From NCBI GenBank assembly GCA_003284215.1, contig QBVW01000001.1, forward strand, positions 150,127 through 214,126: 64,000 nucleotides of DNA. Reading direction: 5' to 3'. The DNA comes from SAR86 cluster bacterium AG-313-D11. GTDB lineage: Bacteria > Pseudomonadota > Gammaproteobacteria > Magnimaribacterales > D2472. Made by a program: the position numbers and the translations under genes. The notes below the pieces were generated by a model, which saw only the letters and a program-made list of their open reading frames with translations, did not search any database and was not told the origin of the DNA. Below are positions 28,401 through 41,226 of the stretch, in pieces (the first letter of the stretch is position 1; the number at the start of each line of letters is the position of its first letter).

Positions 28401-29647
28401 GTAAATTAATAGAGCAACATAAGTTAATTTATGGAGCTACTTTATTTGTTAAAGATCAAACTAATGTTGAGCCAGGACTAAAAATCGCAGGTTGGGATCC
28501 ATATACTCGTCCAATTATCAGTGAAGTAGAAGGCATAGTTCAGTTTACAGATATTGATGATGGAGTAAGTGTCCGTTCAAAAACTGATGAGCTTACCGGG
28601 CTTAGTAGCATTGAAGTGATTGACGTTGCCGAGAGACCCTCTGCAGGAAAAGATAAAGTTCCAGCTATCGCTCTTGTTGATGCTAAAGGCAAACCGGTAC
28701 CGTTAGGCGAACATAAGACGCCAGCAAATTATTCGTTACCTGCAAAGGCATTGGTTAATTTAAAAGATGGTAAGAAATTACATGCTGGAGAAGTATTAGC
28801 CAGAATTCCTTTAGAAGGATCAAAAACTAAAGACATCACTGGTGGTCTTCCTCGGGTTGCTGATCTTTTTGAAGCAAGAAAACCAAAAGATGCAGCAGTA
28901 CTTGCTGAAGAAAGTGGAATTATTGCATTTGGAAAAGAAACTAAAGGTAAAGTTAGATTAGTTATTACTCCTGATGGCGCAACCAAGAAAACTCAAAATG
29001 TTGAAATGCTTATCCCTAAGCACAGAATACTTACAGTTTTTGAGGGTGAAAGAATAGAAAAAGGAGATATCATATCCGATGGTCCATTGAGTCCTCATGA
29101 TATCTTGCGTTTGCGAGGCATTCCTCAGTTAACTAATTTCATTGTGAATGAAATTCAAGACGTTTATAGGCTTCAAGGCGTTCTTATTAATGATAAGCAC
29201 ATTGAAACTATTTTGCGTCAAATGCTTAGAAAAGCATTAATCATTGATGGTGAAGATACTAAGTTCATTCAAGGTGATCAGGTTGAATACGCAGAATTAG
29301 TTGAAGAAAACGCTAAAGCGGTAGCAGCAAAAAAAGAACCTGCTCGCTTTGAACGAGTGCTGCTTGGTATTACCAAAGCTTCACTCACGACTAATTCATT
29401 TATTTCTGCTGCTTCTTTCCAAGAAACTACACGTGTTCTAACAGAGGCATCCGTAACGGGTAAGGTAGATTACTTAAGAGGCCTTAAGGAAAATGTTGTT
29501 GTTGGAAGATTGATACCGGCTGGAACAGGAATGGAGTTCCATGACCAAATGGCGGCTAAGAAAGCAAGCGATTCATCCGAATCAATGCTATCCGAAGATG
29601 ATATCGAAGCAGCATTGCGACAAGAATTACAAGAAACTGAGGAATAA
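25466..29647 (+). CDS. rpoC: DNA-directed RNA polymerase subunit beta'
   Basis: 1393 aa, TTG start; zinc motif CVCGKYK...CEKCG; catalytic NADFDGDQM. Confidence 0.98.
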   Translation: MKDLLNSLKAKQEDFSSITAGLASPQMVRSWSFGEVKKPETINYRTFKPERDGLFCAKIFGPVKDYECVCGKYKRMKHRGVVCEKCGVEVTLAKVRRERMGHIELAAPVAHIWFLKSLPSRIGLLLDITLREIERVLYFESYIVTDPGLTELEKCQILTEEEFVEAFDEYGDEFTASMGAEAVQMLLQEIDLEEEIRIIREEVPQTNSETKLKKLSKRLKLLEAFNESGNKPEWMIMNVLPVLPPDLRPLVPLEGGRFATSDLNDLYRRVINRNNRLKRLLELSAPDIIVRNEKRMLQESVDALLDNGRRGRVITGTNKRPLKSLADMIKGKGGRFRQNLLGKRVDYSGRSVIVAGPNLKLHQCGLPKKMALELFKPYVYGKLEQKELATTIKAAKKLVERETPEVWEILEEVIREHPILLNRAPTLHRLGIQAFEPLLVEGKAIQLHPLVCVAFNADFDGDQMAVHVPLSIEAQLEARALMMSTNNILSPANGEPIINPTQDIVLGLYYMTRDKVNVKGDGRVFSNPDEVLRAYESETLDIHANIKVRITNADKGTFLEDTTVGRVLVWRISPIEVGFDNVNKTLDKKSVSNLIDISYRKAGLKDTVIFADQLMYLGFEHSTRSGSSIGVDDFVIPEEKPSIIDAAEKEVKAIESQYESGLVTQGERYNKVIDIWSRANEKVAKAMMTKISTDQVQDTEGKEVDQASFNSVFIYADSGARGSPAQIRQLSGMRGLMSKPDGSIIETPITANFREGLSVLQYFISTHGARKGLADTALKTANSGYLTRRLCDVAMDSVVVEDDCGTDQSIIVSSIVEGGDIIQPLTERILGRVIAEPIFNGDEEEVYPIGHLIDEDSVKKIDELNISSLKVRSPMTCEASYGVCSKCYGRDLARGHLVHRGEAVGVVAAQSIGEPGTQLTMRTFHIGGAASSSSEDNAIVVNNAGMINFSSDIKTVTNKDKQEVVVSRNSQVTLTDEKGKLIEQHKLIYGATLFVKDQTNVEPGLKIAGWDPYTRPIISEVEGIVQFTDIDDGVSVRSKTDELTGLSSIEVIDVAERPSAGKDKVPAIALVDAKGKPVPLGEHKTPANYSLPAKALVNLKDGKKLHAGEVLARIPLEGSKTKDITGGLPRVADLFEARKPKDAAVLAEESGIIAFGKETKGKVRLVITPDGATKKTQNVEMLIPKHRILTVFEGERIEKGDIISDGPLSPHDILRLRGIPQLTNFIVNEIQDVYRLQGVLINDKHIETILRQMLRKALIIDGEDTKFIQGDQVEYAELVEENAKAVAAKKEPARFERVLLGITKASLTTNSFISAASFQETTRVLTEASVTGKVDYLRGLKENVVVGRLIPAGTGMEFHDQMAAKKASDSSESMLSEDDIEAALRQELQETEE

Positions 29648-29649
29648 TG

Positions 29650-29676
29650 TTGACCGTAGTGAATCATGTCTATAAA
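29650..29676 (+). promoter_or_regulatory. Possible str-operon promoter
   Basis: TTGACC (29650-29655), 15-nt spacer (short), TATAAA (29671-29676). Confidence 0.35.
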
Positions 29677-29697
29677 ATCGCGACCAACTATTAAAAT

Positions 29698-30542
<845 letters not shown>

Positions 30543-30567
30543 TTAGTAACATTTCATAGGTTTAAAT

Positions 30568-32661
30568 ATGGCTAGACAGACTGAACTTAGTAAGTACAGA
30601 AATATTGGTATTTGTGCTCATGTTGATGCAGGTAAAACTACAACTACAGAGCGAGTTCTTTTTTACACAGGTTTATCACATAAAATAGGTGAGGTTCATG
30701 ATGGTGCAGCTACCATGGATTGGATGGAGCAAGAGCAGGAAAGAGGAATCACGATAACCTCTGCTGCAACCACGTGTTTTTGGTCTGGGATGGAGCAACA
30801 ATTTCCTCAGCATAGAATTAATATTATTGATACTCCAGGTCACGTAGATTTTACTATTGAGGTTGAGAGATCTCTAAGAGTTTTAGATGGAGCTGTTGTA
30901 GTATTTTGTGGCACGTCTGGCGTTGAGCCACAATCAGAGACCGTTTGGCGACAAGCCGATAGATATGAGGTTCCTAGAATTGTTTTTGTAAACAAAATGG
31001 ACAGAGCTGGAGCGGATTTCTCCAGGGTAACTGATCAAATCAAGGATAGATTAAAGGCAAATGTTGTGCCGATGCAATACAACATTGGAGCTGAGGAAGA
31101 TTTTAAAGGCGTTGTTGATTTAGTCAAAATGAAAGCTATTTTCTGGAATGAGGATGATCAAGGTTTGACTTTTGAAGAGCAAGAAATTCCATCAGATATT
31201 CTGGACACATGCGAATCATTAAGAGAGTCTATGGTTGAAAGTGCAGCTGAAGCAAATGAAGAATTAATGAATGCGTATTTGGAAAACGGTGAATTAACCG
31301 CGGAACAGATTAAAGAAGGCATTAGAATTAGAACTCTTGCAAATGAAATTGTACCTGCTTTTTGTGGTTCAGCATTCAAAAATAAGGGTGTTCAGGCGGT
31401 TTTAGATGCAGCAATTGAATACTTGCCTGCTCCAAATGAAGTTAAGGCAATCAAAGGATCATTGCCAAATGATGAGGAGGTTGAAATAAGCAGGTCTTCT
31501 TCAGATGAAGAACCATTCTCAGCCCTAGCTTTTAAAATTGCTACTGATCCTTTTGTTGGAACTTTAACATTTATCAGAGTTTATTCAGGAGTACTTTCTG
31601 TAGGTGATGGCGTAATGAACTCAACCAAGACGAAGAAAGAAAGGGTTGGACGTATGGTTCAGATGCATTCGAATGACCGTAATGAAATTAAAGAGATACG
31701 TGCTGGGGATATCGCGGCATGTATCGGACTAAAAGATGTTACTACTGGGGACACTCTTTGTGATTTAGGCGATCAAGTTGTTCTTGAAAGAATGGATTTT
31801 CCTGAACCAGTTATATCAGTAGCTGTAGAGCCAAAAACAAAATCAGATCAAGAAAAAATGGGAGTTGCTCTAGGCAAACTTGCACAAGAGGATCCTTCAT
31901 TTAGGGTTCATACTGATGAGGAGTCCGCCCAGACTATTATTTCAGGAATGGGAGAGCTTCATTTAGACGTCCTAGTTGATAGAATGAGAAGAGAATTTGA
32001 TGTTGAAGCAAATATTGGAAAACCACAGGTTTCTTATCGTGAAACAATTAGAGAATCAGTTGATATAGAGGGTAAGTTTGTAAGACAAAGTGGTGGAAAG
32101 GGTCAATATGGTCACGTTTGGCTTAAATTAGAGCCTCTAGGACTAGATGATGAATACGAATTTGTTGATAAGATAGTTGGTGGTGTAGTCCCCAAAGAGT
32201 ACATTCCAGCTGTTGATAAGGGCATTCAAGAGCAGATGAAAAATGGTGTAATTGCTGGCTATCCGCTGCTTGCATTGCGAGCAACCTTATATGATGGATC
32301 TTTCCATGATGTTGATTCAAGTGAGATGGCTTTTAAGATAGCAGGGTCTATGGCACTAAAAGAAGGTTGTCTTAAAGCACGTCCAGTCCTTTTGGAGCCA
32401 ATGATGGCTGTTGAAGTTGTTACTCCAGAAGAGCATATGGGTGATGTTGTTGGCGACTTAAATAGAAGAAGAGGGATAATTTTAGGAATGGATGAAATCC
32501 CAACTGGAAAAACTGTGAGGTCAGAAGTTCCTTTATCGGAGATGTTTGGATATGCAACTGATTTAAGGTCTGCCACTCAAGGTAGAGCAAGTTTCTCCAT
32601 GGAATTTCTTAAATATGCTGAAGTTCCAAATAACATTGCTGAGCAGTTAAAAACTTCTTAA
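30568..32661 (+). CDS. fusA: Elongation factor G
   Basis: 697 aa; [30 protein letters not shown]. Confidence 0.98.
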   Translation: MARQTELSKYRNIGICAHVDAGKTTTTERVLFYTGLSHKIGEVHDGAATMDWMEQEQERGITITSAATTCFWSGMEQQFPQHRINIIDTPGHVDFTIEVERSLRVLDGAVVVFCGTSGVEPQSETVWRQADRYEVPRIVFVNKMDRAGADFSRVTDQIKDRLKANVVPMQYNIGAEEDFKGVVDLVKMKAIFWNEDDQGLTFEEQEIPSDILDTCESLRESMVESAAEANEELMNAYLENGELTAEQIKEGIRIRTLANEIVPAFCGSAFKNKGVQAVLDAAIEYLPAPNEVKAIKGSLPNDEEVEISRSSSDEEPFSALAFKIATDPFVGTLTFIRVYSGVLSVGDGVMNSTKTKKERVGRMVQMHSNDRNEIKEIRAGDIAACIGLKDVTTGDTLCDLGDQVVLERMDFPEPVISVAVEPKTKSDQEKMGVALGKLAQEDPSFRVHTDEESAQTIISGMGELHLDVLVDRMRREFDVEANIGKPQVSYRETIRESVDIEGKFVRQSGGKGQYGHVWLKLEPLGLDDEYEFVDKIVGGVVPKEYIPAVDKGIQEQMKNGVIAGYPLLALRATLYDGSFHDVDSSEMAFKIAGSMALKEGCLKARPVLLEPMMAVEVVTPEEHMGDVVGDLNRRRGIILGMDEIPTGKTVRSEVPLSEMFGYATDLRSATQGRASFSMEFLKYAEVPNNIAEQLKTS

Positions 32662-32691
32662 AACAATACACTCATAAATACCCTAAATTTG

Positions 32692-32721
32692 TTGACATTA
32701 GGGGCTTTAGAGTCATAGAAT
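32692..32721 (+). promoter_or_regulatory. S10-operon sigma70 promoter
   Basis: Consensus TTGACA (32692-32697), 18-nt spacer, TAGAAT (32716-32721), 43 nt before the rpsJ start. Confidence 0.6.
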
Positions 32722-32764
32722 ACGCAACATTTTGCATAAAGCAGATATATAGGAATTAAATAAA

Positions 32765-33076
32765 TTGGACAATCAATCAATAAGAATCCGCTTAAAAGCT
32801 TTTGACTATAGATTGATTGATGCTTCAACAAAATTAATTGTTGAAACTGCAAAAAAAACTGGCGCGATTGTTAAAGGACCAATTCCTTTGCCAGTAAAGA
32901 AAGAAAGAACAACAATCTTAACATCTCCGCACAAAGATAAAGATGCAAGAGATCAGTATGAAATTAGAACATACAAAAGACTTATGGATATAGTAGAACC
33001 TACAGATAAAACTGTCGATGCTTTAATGAAGCTCGACTTATCATCTGGGGTTGATGTGCAAATTAGCTTGAGCTAA
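32765..33076 (+). CDS. rpsJ: 30S ribosomal protein S10
   Basis: 103 aa, TTG start; [11 protein letters not shown]... Confidence 0.97.
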   Translation: MDNQSIRIRLKAFDYRLIDASTKLIVETAKKTGAIVKGPIPLPVKKERTTILTSPHKDKDARDQYEIRTYKRLMDIVEPTDKTVDALMKLDLSSGVDVQISLS

Positions 33077-33141
33077 TTTGTTACTTTTTTAACGCTTAGC
33101 GGCCATAGAGGGTTTTTAGCCCCGTATAAAAGGAGAGTAAA

Positions 33142-33768
33142 TTGAGCATTGGCTTAGTTGGAAAAAAATCAGGGATGTCGAGACTTTTTCAAGAAGATGG
33201 CACATCCGTTCCTGTAACAGTTATTTCAGTTGCAGCAAACTTTATTGCTGATATTAAGACGCATGAGAAGCATGGATATAGCGCGATTGTTGTGTCCAAG
33301 AATACCTCTAAAAATCTAACAAAATCATCTACAGAATTCTTTAAGAAACAGAATATCTCTAATGGAGAGTTATTTGAATTCAGAACTGAAGAAACCGATG
33401 AGCTAAAGATTGGTCATCATTTGACCGCTGATATTTTTGAAGTTGGAAAAATGGTTGATGTTACTGGAACTTCCAAAGGAAAGGGATATGCAGGCGTAAT
33501 TAAAAGACATAATTTTGCCATGCAGGATGCAACACATGGTAATTCCTTAGCGCATAGAGCTCATGGCTCAATTGGCCAGTGTCAAACTCCTGGAAGAGTT
33601 TGGAAAGGGAAGAAAATGTCTGGTCATATGGGGCACGAAACAAAAACTATTCAAAGTTTAAAATTAATGGGAGCAGATGTTCAGAATAATTTGCTTTATG
33701 TAAAAGGTGCAGTCCCTGGTTTTAATGGATCTACACTAAAAATTACCCCTGCGGTGAAACAAAAATGA
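33142..33768 (+). CDS. rplC: 50S ribosomal protein L3
   Basis: 208 aa, TTG start after AAGGAGAG; [14 protein letters not shown]... Confidence 0.96.
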   Translation: MSIGLVGKKSGMSRLFQEDGTSVPVTVISVAANFIADIKTHEKHGYSAIVVSKNTSKNLTKSSTEFFKKQNISNGELFEFRTEETDELKIGHHLTADIFEVGKMVDVTGTSKGKGYAGVIKRHNFAMQDATHGNSLAHRAHGSIGQCQTPGRVWKGKKMSGHMGHETKTIQSLKLMGADVQNNLLYVKGAVPGFNGSTLKITPAVKQK

Positions 33769-34376
33769 AATTAGACTTATTAAATATCGATAACAAAAAA
33801 ACCGATGTTCAAATTTCTGATACAACTTTTGGTAAAGAATTTAATGAAACCCTAGTTCATCAAGCTGTAGTTACATATCTAGCTGGTTCTAGACAAGGCT
33901 CTCACAAACAAAAGACTAGATCGGAAGTAAGAGGCGGCGGTAAAAAACCATACCGACAAAAAGGAACTGGTAGAGCAAGAGCAGGAACAATTAGAAGTCC
34001 TATCTGGAGAGGTGGTGGAGTAACTTTTGCGGCAACACCAAGAGATTACTCCAAAAAAATTAATAAGAAAATGTATAGAGCTGCAATTAGCTCTATATTT
34101 TCTGAATTACATAGGCAGAATCGTTTGATAGCCATCGAGCAGCCTAAATTTGATGCACCTAAAACCAAAGACATGAACAGCTTCCTTCAGCAATTCAATC
34201 TTAATAATGTGCTTATCATTCTTGATGAGATGGATACAAATTTGTACCTTTCAGCTAGAAATATTCCTCATGTAGACGTAGTAACTGTTAAAGAAATTAA
34301 CCCTGTTATTTTATTAAGATCTGAAAAAGTTGCCGTTACTCCTGCTGCATTCAAGTTAATTGAGGCTTGGGTCTAA
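33765..34376 (+). CDS. rplD: 50S ribosomal protein L4
   Basis: 203 aa; ...[29 protein letters not shown]... Confidence 0.96.
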   Translation: MKLDLLNIDNKKTDVQISDTTFGKEFNETLVHQAVVTYLAGSRQGSHKQKTRSEVRGGGKKPYRQKGTGRARAGTIRSPIWRGGGVTFAATPRDYSKKINKKMYRAAISSIFSELHRQNRLIAIEQPKFDAPKTKDMNSFLQQFNLNNVLIILDEMDTNLYLSARNIPHVDVVTVKEINPVILLRSEKVAVTPAAFKLIEAWV

Positions 34377-34669
34377 TGAATAAAGAAAAATTACTTACAT
34401 TAATTCATTCACCATATATTACTGAAAAGGCTACATCTATAGGAAGCTTAAACCAGGTTGTATTTAAAGTGGACTTATCTGCATCTAAATCAGAAATTAA
34501 AAAAGCTGTTGAAGATTTATTTGATGTTCAAGTTGAAAGTGTCACCACATCAACACAAAAAGGCAAAACAAAAAGAAACAGATTTGGAATATACAAAAGA
34601 TCAGATTACAAAAAAGCCTTTATTTCATTGAAAGAAGGTTCTGAGATTCAATTTGAGGGTATTAGTTAA
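34376..34669 (+). CDS. rplW: 50S ribosomal protein L23 (start taken at ATG 34376, TAATG overlap with rplD)
   Basis: [20 protein letters not shown]... parallels E. coli [21 protein letters not shown]. The track ORF begins 9 nt earlier at a TTG. Confidence 0.93.
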   Translation: MNKEKLLTLIHSPYITEKATSIGSLNQVVFKVDLSASKSEIKKAVEDLFDVQVESVTTSTQKGKTKRNRFGIYKRSDYKKAFISLKEGSEIQFEGIS

Positions 34670-34671
34670 TC

Positions 34672-35499
34672 ATGGCAGTAATAAAAGCAAAACCAACTAG
34701 TCCAGGTAGAAGAGGTGTTATCTCAATCAAGTCTGATCTATATAAAGGTCGGCCTCATAAAGCTTTACTTGAAAAAAAATCAAAAAATGGCGGAAGAAAT
34801 AATAATGGCAGAATTACAGTCAGACACCAGGGTGGTGGGCATAAGCAGCATTACAGAGTAATAGATTTTAAAAGAGATAAGTTAGATGTGCCTGCTGTTG
34901 TAGAAAGAATTGAGTACGATCCGAATAGATCTGCGCACCTAGCCTTGCTTAAGTATGCTGATGGTGAAAGAAGATACATTATTGCTCCAAGTAAGATTAA
35001 GCTAGGTGATCCCGTGCTTTCAGCCGATCAAACAGAAATGAAAGCCGGTAACTGTATGAAATTAGCAAATATCCCTTTGGGAACAACAATTCATTGTGTA
35101 GAAATGAAGCCTGGTAAAGGAGCTCAAATTGCAAGAAGTGCTGGTACATCTGCAAGATTGGTTGCAAAAGAGGGCATATACGCAACATTAAGATTGCAAT
35201 CTGGGGAAATGAGAAAAATCTTATCAGCTTGTAAAGCAACCCTAGGAACTGTCTCAAATCAAGAAAATAACTTACGTTCATTAGGTAAGGCGGGAGCTAA
35301 AAGATGGAGAGGTGTGAGACCTACAGTCAGAGGTGTAGCTATGAATCCAGTTGATCATCCTCATGGAGGCGGAGAGGGAAGGACCTCTGGTGGAAGACAC
35401 CCATCGACACCTTGGGGTATACCGACTAAAGGCTATAAAACAAGAAAAAATCAACGAACAGACGATCTGATTGTTAGAAGAAGAGCTAAAAGGAAATAG
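34672..35499 (+). CDS. rplB: 50S ribosomal protein L2
   Basis: 275 aa; ...[14 protein letters not shown]... Confidence 0.98.
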   Translation: MAVIKAKPTSPGRRGVISIKSDLYKGRPHKALLEKKSKNGGRNNNGRITVRHQGGGHKQHYRVIDFKRDKLDVPAVVERIEYDPNRSAHLALLKYADGERRYIIAPSKIKLGDPVLSADQTEMKAGNCMKLANIPLGTTIHCVEMKPGKGAQIARSAGTSARLVAKEGIYATLRLQSGEMRKILSACKATLGTVSNQENNLRSLGKAGAKRWRGVRPTVRGVAMNPVDHPHGGGEGRTSGGRHPSTPWGIPTKGYKTRKNQRTDDLIVRRRAKRK

Positions 35500-35501
35500 T
35501 A

Positions 35502-35774
35502 ATGCCTAGATCACTTAAAAAAGGACCATTTATTGATTTATCACTGCAAAAGGCAGTTGATAAAGCTATTAGTGAAAATAGCAAGAGACCAATTAAAACT
35601 TGGTCAAGACGATCTATGATCAGTCCGGCCATGGTTGGCTTAACGATATCTGTACACAACGGAAGGCAGCATGTCCCTGTATACATTAATGAAGATATGG
35701 TTGGTCACAAACTAGGTGAATTTGCTATTACAAGAACTTTTAGAATGCATTCAGGTGATAGGAAGGCAAAATAA
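35502..35774 (+). CDS. rpsS: 30S ribosomal protein S19
   Basis: 90 aa; [12 protein letters not shown]..., GHKLGEFA. Confidence 0.97.
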   Translation: MPRSLKKGPFIDLSLQKAVDKAISENSKRPIKTWSRRSMISPAMVGLTISVHNGRQHVPVYINEDMVGHKLGEFAITRTFRMHSGDRKAK

Positions 35775-36112
35775 TGGAAACAAGAGCTTATTTAAAAGGT
35801 ACTAGATTATCTGCTCAAAAAGCAGGTCTAGTTGCTGATGTTGTCAGAGGTAAATCAGTTCATGCCGCGATGGACTTTCTTACTTTTCATAAACAAAAAG
35901 CATCGGCTGTAATTAAAAAACTTTTAGAATCTGCAATTGCAAATGCTGAGCACAATGACAAGGCCGATATTGATTTATTGGTTGTGAAGTCAGTCATTGT
36001 AAATCAGGGCATGAGACTCAAAAGAATGAAGCCTCGTGCAAGAGGCAGGGCTGACAGAATAATTAAGCCTACTTGCCATATTGAAATCATATTATCGGAT
36101 CAGGAGAAGTAA
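35774..36112 (+). CDS. rplV: 50S ribosomal protein L22
   Basis: 112 aa; operon order and L22 pattern (...RAKGRADRI.K.T.HI). Confidence 0.96.
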   Translation: METRAYLKGTRLSAQKAGLVADVVRGKSVHAAMDFLTFHKQKASAVIKKLLESAIANAEHNDKADIDLLVVKSVIVNQGMRLKRMKPRARGRADRIIKPTCHIEIILSDQEK

Positions 36113-36771
36113 TGGGTCAAAAAGTTCATCCAACTGGCTTTCGACTTGGTGTTATCAAGAAGCATAATGCTTTGTGGTATGCAAAAGGAAAATCTTTCAG
36201 AGAGAATCTTATTGAAGATCTCAAGGTAAGAAATCATATCAAGGACAGATTAAGATTTTCTTCAATAAGTAAAGTAGAGCTTGAAAGGTCTGCTCAAAAT
36301 TTTGTTGTAAACATTCATACATCAAGACCTGGCATTATTATTGGTAAAAAGGGTGAAGAGATTGAATCTTTGAAGGCTTCAGTGCAAAAGATTGTTACCT
36401 TGCCAGTTCAAGTCAACATAAAAGAAGTTAGAAAACCAGACCTTGATGCAACAATACTTGCTGAAGGAATTGCTCAACAATTAGAGCGAAGAGTTCAATT
36501 TAGAAGAGCTATGAAGCGAGCTGTACAAAGCGCTATGAGACAAGGTGCTAAAGGAATTAGAACAGAAGTTTCTGGTAGATTGGGTGGAGCAGAGATTGCC
36601 AGGGCCGAATGGTATAGAGAGGGCCAAGTGCCACTGCATACTTTAAGGGCAAACATAGACTATGGAGTTGCAGAAGCCGCAACTACATATGGATTAATTG
36701 GTGTGAAGGTTCATGTATATACAGGTGAAGTTTTAGGTGATCCTTTTAAAGATGAGGATCAAGGAAGTTAA
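36112..36771 (+). CDS. rpsC: 30S ribosomal protein S3
   Basis: 219 aa; [13 protein letters not shown]... Confidence 0.97.
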   Translation: MGQKVHPTGFRLGVIKKHNALWYAKGKSFRENLIEDLKVRNHIKDRLRFSSISKVELERSAQNFVVNIHTSRPGIIIGKKGEEIESLKASVQKIVTLPVQVNIKEVRKPDLDATILAEGIAQQLERRVQFRRAMKRAVQSAMRQGAKGIRTEVSGRLGGAEIARAEWYREGQVPLHTLRANIDYGVAEAATTYGLIGVKVHVYTGEVLGDPFKDEDQGS

Positions 36772-36773
36772 TC

Positions 36774-37184
36774 ATGTTACAGCCAAAACAAACAAAATTT
36801 AGAAAGATGCATAAGGGCCGAAATAGAGGCCTTGCTCAATCAGGAAATACCATTGCTTTCGGTGAGTATGCTTTAAAAGCTACGACTAGGGGTAGAATCA
36901 CAGCTCGCCAGATTGAGTCGGCAAGAAGAGCGATGACTCGGTCAATTAAACGTGGTGGTAATATTTGGATTCGTATATTTCCTGACAAACCCATCACCAA
37001 AAAGCCATTAGAAGTAAGAATGGGTAAAGGAAAAGGCAATGTTGAATATTGGGTAAGCCTTGTTCAACCTGGAACAGTTTTATATGAGATGGCTGGTGTA
37101 TCAGAAGAGGTAGCTAGAGAGGCTTTTAAGCTTGCAGCAGCTAAGTTACCAGTCAGAACTACATTTATTAAAAAGGCATTATAA
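36774..37184 (+). CDS. rplP: 50S ribosomal protein L16
   Basis: 136 aa; [19 protein letters not shown]... Confidence 0.97.
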   Translation: MLQPKQTKFRKMHKGRNRGLAQSGNTIAFGEYALKATTRGRITARQIESARRAMTRSIKRGGNIWIRIFPDKPITKKPLEVRMGKGKGNVEYWVSLVQPGTVLYEMAGVSEEVAREAFKLAAAKLPVRTTFIKKAL

Positions 37185-37186
37185 AA

Positions 37187-37405
37187 ATGGCAAAGTTAAC
37201 AAGTGATCTTAAAGACCTTCGCAATAAAGATATTAAAGCTCTTGAGAGTTTAGTTTTAGAAATTAGAGAAAATCAATTTAAGAATAGGATGAAGCACAAA
37301 ACTGGCCAGCTTAATGAATCGCATTTGTTAACAGTTGATAGAAAAAAGATTGCTCAAATAAAAACTATTATTAACGAAAAAAAATCTGAGGAAGCACCTG
37401 CATGA
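37187..37405 (+). CDS. rpmC: 50S ribosomal protein L29
   Basis: 72 aa; position between rplP and rpsQ; L29-like helical sequence. Confidence 0.9.
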   Translation: MAKLTSDLKDLRNKDIKALESLVLEIRENQFKNRMKHKTGQLNESHLLTVDRKKIAQIKTIINEKKSEEAPA

Positions 37406-37683
37406 GTACTAATCCAAGACAGCTTACCGGCGTAGTTATTAGCGATAAAGCTGATAAAACAATAACTGTAAAAGTTGAGCGCAAAGTGAAGCATCCTACA
37501 TATAGTAAAATTATGAAGCGCTCTACAAAAGTTCATGCTCATGATGAAGGTAATACTGCCAAGATCGGTGATGTTGTTACAGTGCAAGAATGCAAACCTT
37601 ATTCTAAGTCTAAAACTTGGAAGCTTCTTTCTGAAGAACAAGCTATTGCTTCCGCAGAAGAGATTCAGGAGGTTCAGTCATGA
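37402..37683 (+). CDS. rpsQ: 30S ribosomal protein S17
   Basis: 93 aa; ...[20 protein letters not shown]...HPTYSK... Confidence 0.95.
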   Translation: MSTNPRQLTGVVISDKADKTITVKVERKVKHPTYSKIMKRSTKVHAHDEGNTAKIGDVVTVQECKPYSKSKTWKLLSEEQAIASAEEIQEVQS

Positions 37684-38048
37684 TCCAAATGCAATCTATA
37701 CTAACCATAGCTGATAACAGTGGGGCCAGAAGTGTTATGTGCATCAAGGTGCTTGGTGGCTCAAAGAGACGTTATGCAAATATCGGCGATGTTATAAAGG
37801 TAGCAATCAGAGAAGCGATACCAACTGGCAAAGTAAAAAAAGGTCAGGTTGTTGATGCATTAGTAGTGAGAACAAAAAAAGGCGTAAGGAGAAGAGATGG
37901 CTCCTTAATTAAATTCGACGAAAATGCAGCTGTTTTAATTGGTGGTAACAAAGCCCCAATTGGTACTAGGGTTTTTGGACCAGTGACTAGAGAACTCAGA
38001 GATGGCAAGCATATGAAAATTTTATCACTAGCCCCGGAAGTTTTGTAA
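37680..38048 (+). CDS. rplN: 50S ribosomal protein L14
   Basis: 122 aa; [17 protein letters not shown]... Confidence 0.98.
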   Translation: MIQMQSILTIADNSGARSVMCIKVLGGSKRRYANIGDVIKVAIREAIPTGKVKKGQVVDALVVRTKKGVRRRDGSLIKFDENAAVLIGGNKAPIGTRVFGPVTRELRDGKHMKILSLAPEVL

Positions 38049-38386
38049 TGAGAAAAAATATTGAAACAGTAACGAAATTAAGAACCGGTGACGAGGTTAT
38101 TGTTATTGCTGGAAAAGACTTAGGAAAAAAGGGCACTGTTCAAAAAATTTCTAAGTTTAATAATAAAGCAGTAATTACAGGCATTAATATGATGAAAAAA
38201 CATACTAAGCCTAATCCGCAGCTTGGAGAAACAGGTGGCATAGTTGAAAAAGAGGCTGCAATTAATCTTTCAAATGTCGCAATTTGGAATCCAAAGCAAA
38301 AAAAAGCAGACAGAATTTCATTTCAAATAGATGGAGATAAGAAATTAAGAGTTTACTCATCAGATAAAAAAGAAATCAAATCATGA
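38048..38386 (+). CDS. rplX: 50S ribosomal protein L24
   Basis: 112 aa; KOW motif [16 protein letters not shown]. Confidence 0.95.
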   Translation: MRKNIETVTKLRTGDEVIVIAGKDLGKKGTVQKISKFNNKAVITGINMMKKHTKPNPQLGETGGIVEKEAAINLSNVAIWNPKQKKADRISFQIDGDKKLRVYSSDKKEIKS

Positions 38387-38919
38387 ATTTAAAAGAAACC
38401 TTCAATAAAGAATTACTGCCTCAGTTACAAGAGACATTGGGCATTGATAATATTATGGCTGTGCCAAAACTTACCAAAGTAGTTATCAACATGGGCGTTG
38501 GAGAAGCTTTAACTGATAAAAAACATCTGGAATCTGCAGTAAATGATTTAGAGTTAATAGCCGGTCAGAAAGCAGTTATAACAAAAGCAAAAAAATCAGT
38601 TGCAAGCTTTAAACTTCGTGAGGGATGGCCAGTTGGATGCAAGGTTACATTACGAGGTGACCGAATGTATGACTTTGTAGAGCGCTTGGTAAATATTGCA
38701 ATTCCAAGGGAGAGAGACTTTAGAGGGCTTAATCCTAAATCATTTGATGGTCAGGGCAACTACAGTATGGGTATTAAGGAGCAAATTATTTTTCCTGAAA
38801 TTAACTATGACAATATTGACAAGATCCGGGGAATGGACATTTGCATAAATACATCAGCTTCTAACAAAGAAGATGCTAAAGCATTATTAGAAGTATTAAA
38901 TTTCCCATTTAAAAAATAA
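38383..38919 (+). CDS. rplE: 50S ribosomal protein L5
   Basis: 178 aa; spc-operon position; L5 pattern. Confidence 0.96.
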   Translation: MNLKETFNKELLPQLQETLGIDNIMAVPKLTKVVINMGVGEALTDKKHLESAVNDLELIAGQKAVITKAKKSVASFKLREGWPVGCKVTLRGDRMYDFVERLVNIAIPRERDFRGLNPKSFDGQGNYSMGIKEQIIFPEINYDNIDKIRGMDICINTSASNKEDAKALLEVLNFPFKK

Positions 38920-38930
38920 GGTACAAGTAA

Positions 38931-39236
38931 ATGACAAGAAAATCAGTAATAGCTCGAGATATCAAAAGACAAAAAACGGTAGACCGTTTTGCGGTGAAAA
39001 GGGCGGCATTGAAAGATGCATTTTTAAATCCTGAAAATTCATATGAAGAAAAAATGGCAGCTTTTGAAAAATTACAAAAGCTCCCTAGAAATGCAAGCCC
39101 CTCAAGAGTTACAAGAAGATGCTCTTTGACTGGCAGACCTCATGCTGTATATAGAAAATTTGGACTTAGTAGAATTAAATTACGTGAAGCTGCAATGCGC
39201 GGTGACATTCCTGGATTGGTTAAATCAAGTTGGTAA
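38931..39236 (+). CDS. rpsN: 30S ribosomal protein S14
   Basis: 101 aa; ...[24 protein letters not shown]...KSSW. Confidence 0.96.
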   Translation: MTRKSVIARDIKRQKTVDRFAVKRAALKDAFLNPENSYEEKMAAFEKLQKLPRNASPSRVTRRCSLTGRPHAVYRKFGLSRIKLREAAMRGDIPGLVKSSW

Positions 39237-39240
39237 TATT

Positions 39241-39636
39241 ATGAGTTTTCAAGACCCTACATCAGATTGTTTGACAAGAATTAGAAACGGCCTCATGCGT
39301 GGTAAAAAGGTTGTAAATGCGCCCTTTTCTAAATTCAAGCATGAGCTAGTATCTTTGCTTGTGAAGGAGGGGTATTTGGTTTCATGCGAAAAAATTTCAT
39401 TAGATGGCAAAGATTCATTAAGCATTTCTCTTAAATATATTAATGAGGCTCCTGCAATAAGAGAAATTAAAAGGGTTTCAAAACCTAGTTTAAGAAGATA
39501 TTCATCGTCCTCAGATCTTCCTGAGGTTAAAAATGGATTAGGTATGTATGTGCTCTCAACTAACAAAGGTTTGATGAGTGATAAAGATGCCAGGTCTCAA
39601 AATATTGGTGGCGAAGTTATTTGTGAGGTCTTTTAA
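39241..39636 (+). CDS. rpsH: 30S ribosomal protein S8 (start moved from 39142 to ATG 39241)
   Basis: MSFQDPTSDCLTRIRNG... is the canonical S8 N-terminus. The longer track ORF overlaps rpsN by 95 nt. Confidence 0.95.
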   Translation: MSFQDPTSDCLTRIRNGLMRGKKVVNAPFSKFKHELVSLLVKEGYLVSCEKISLDGKDSLSISLKYINEAPAIREIKRVSKPSLRRYSSSSDLPEVKNGLGMYVLSTNKGLMSDKDARSQNIGGEVICEVF

Positions 39637-39638
39637 TC

Positions 39639-40181
39639 ATGTCTAGAGTTGCTAAAAATCCAGTATCAATTCCATCAGGTGTAGAAGTTACCTTGAATGA
39701 GAGGACTATTTCATTATCAGGTCCTAAAGGCAAATCTGAATTTGCATTTCCAGATTCAGTATCAGCAAGTCACGCAGATGATTTGGTTACTATTTCTTAC
39801 GATGAATCTTCTACAGAATCAACCGCACTTGCAGGCACAGCTCGATCTTTAATTAATAATATGGCTATCGGTGTTTCCGAAGGTTTTCAAAAAACATTAT
39901 TGTTGGTAGGCGTTGGATACAGGGCTAAGGCTAACGGCAAGAAGTTAGAACTAACTTTAGGATTTTCTCACCCAGTTCATTATGAAATCCCTGAACAAGT
40001 TGATGTAGAAACACCATCTCAAACGGAAGTTATTCTAAAGAGTCATGACAAGCAAGTTTTAGGCCAGGTTGCTGCAGAAATTAGAGCATTTAGACCTCCA
40101 GAGCCCTATAAAGGTAAGGGTGTGAAATATGCAGATGAAAATATTAGAAGAAAAGAAGCTAAAAAAGCAGCAGGAGCATAA
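39639..40181 (+). CDS. rplF: 50S ribosomal protein L6
   Basis: 180 aa; MSRVAKNPVSIPSGVEV... Confidence 0.96.
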   Translation: MSRVAKNPVSIPSGVEVTLNERTISLSGPKGKSEFAFPDSVSASHADDLVTISYDESSTESTALAGTARSLINNMAIGVSEGFQKTLLLVGVGYRAKANGKKLELTLGFSHPVHYEIPEQVDVETPSQTEVILKSHDKQVLGQVAAEIRAFRPPEPYKGKGVKYADENIRRKEAKKAAGA

Positions 40182-40184
40182 TCA

Positions 40185-40532
40185 ATGAACTCTAAATCAG
40201 ACTCTAGAATAAGACGCGCAGCAAAAACTCGAATCAGAATCTCTCAGCAAGACAAGCCGAGATTATCTGTTTTTAAGTCATCTCAAAATTTATATGCTCA
40301 AGTTTTTGATTCCACTGGATCAACAGTTTTGGCATCAGCTTCAACAAATGAAAAGCAAGATAAGATTGCTGCAAATAATATAAGTTCAGCTAAAGCTATT
40401 GGGCAAAAAATAGCAGAAAGAGCAATTGAAGCAGGTATTAAAAAAGTAGTCTTTGATCGTTCAGGTTATAAATATCATGGCCGCATAAAAGCCATTGCAG
40501 AATCAGCTCGTGAAGCTGGATTGGAGTTTTAA
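40185..40532 (+). CDS. rplR: 50S ribosomal protein L18
   Basis: 115 aa; ...PRLSVFKSSQNLYAQV..., YHGRIKA.AESAREAGLEF. Confidence 0.96.
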   Translation: MNSKSDSRIRRAAKTRIRISQQDKPRLSVFKSSQNLYAQVFDSTGSTVLASASTNEKQDKIAANNISSAKAIGQKIAERAIEAGIKKVVFDRSGYKYHGRIKAIAESAREAGLEF

Positions 40533-40535
40533 AAA

Positions 40536-41042
40536 ATGAGTCAACAAAATAATAGCTTGCAACAACAAGATGCCCTTGAAGAAAAACTTGTTCAGGTAAA
40601 CAGAGTTGCAAAAGTTGTAAAGGGTGGTCGCATATTTGGGTTCACGGCTTTATGTGTTGTTGGTGATGGCAAGGGAAAAGTTGGGTTTGGAAGAGGCAAG
40701 GCAAAAGAGGTTCCAATTGCAATTCAGAAAGCTATGGAAAATGCTAGAAGAAATATGGTTGATGTGAGTTTAAACGCATCCACACTTTGGTATCCAGTGA
40801 AGGCAAAGCATGGTGCAGCTAAAGTTTATATGCAGCCTGCTGCAGAAGGAACCGGAATTATTGCTGGGGGAGCAATGAGAGCAGTATTAGAACTTGTTGG
40901 GGTTCAAAATGTTCTAGCTAAATGTTACGGATCAACGAATCCAGTGAACGTTGTAAGAGCCACGATCAATGCGTTGCGTTCAATGGAATCTCCCGAAGAA
41001 GTCGCTTTTAGAAGGGGCAAAAAGACAGCAGAAATATCATGA
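40536..41042 (+). CDS. rpsE: 30S ribosomal protein S5
   Basis: 168 aa; ...[35 protein letters not shown]... Confidence 0.97.
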   Translation: MSQQNNSLQQQDALEEKLVQVNRVAKVVKGGRIFGFTALCVVGDGKGKVGFGRGKAKEVPIAIQKAMENARRNMVDVSLNASTLWYPVKAKHGAAKVYMQPAAEGTGIIAGGAMRAVLELVGVQNVLAKCYGSTNPVNVVRATINALRSMESPEEVAFRRGKKTAEIS

Positions 41043-41224
41043 GTAATAAAACAATAGATATCAAACTTATTAAAAGCAGCATTGGCAGGCTACCAAATCA
41101 TAAGAAATGTGTAAAAGGACTTGGTTTTAGAAAGTTACAGCAGACTGTAACTGTAGAAGATACACCAAGTAATCGAGGCATGATTAATAAAATTAGAGAT
41201 ATGTTGGAAGTTAAAGAGAGCTAA
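41039..41224 (+). CDS. rpmD: 50S ribosomal protein L30
   Basis: 61 aa; position and pattern (...[18 protein letters not shown]...). Confidence 0.93.
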   Translation: MSNKTIDIKLIKSSIGRLPNHKKCVKGLGFRKLQQTVTVEDTPSNRGMINKIRDMLEVKES

Positions 41225-41226
41225 TA

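Noticed and set aside
33077-33141. The 65-nt gap between rpsJ and rplC, considered as a possible regulatory RNA.
   Set aside because: I could see no convincing stem-loop or conserved motif. It may just carry the SD (AAGGAGAG) for the TTG-initiated rplC.
39142-39240. Longer S8 start from the ORF track.
   Set aside because: It overlaps rpsN by 95 nt. The canonical S8 N-terminus MSFQDPTSD... starts at 39241.
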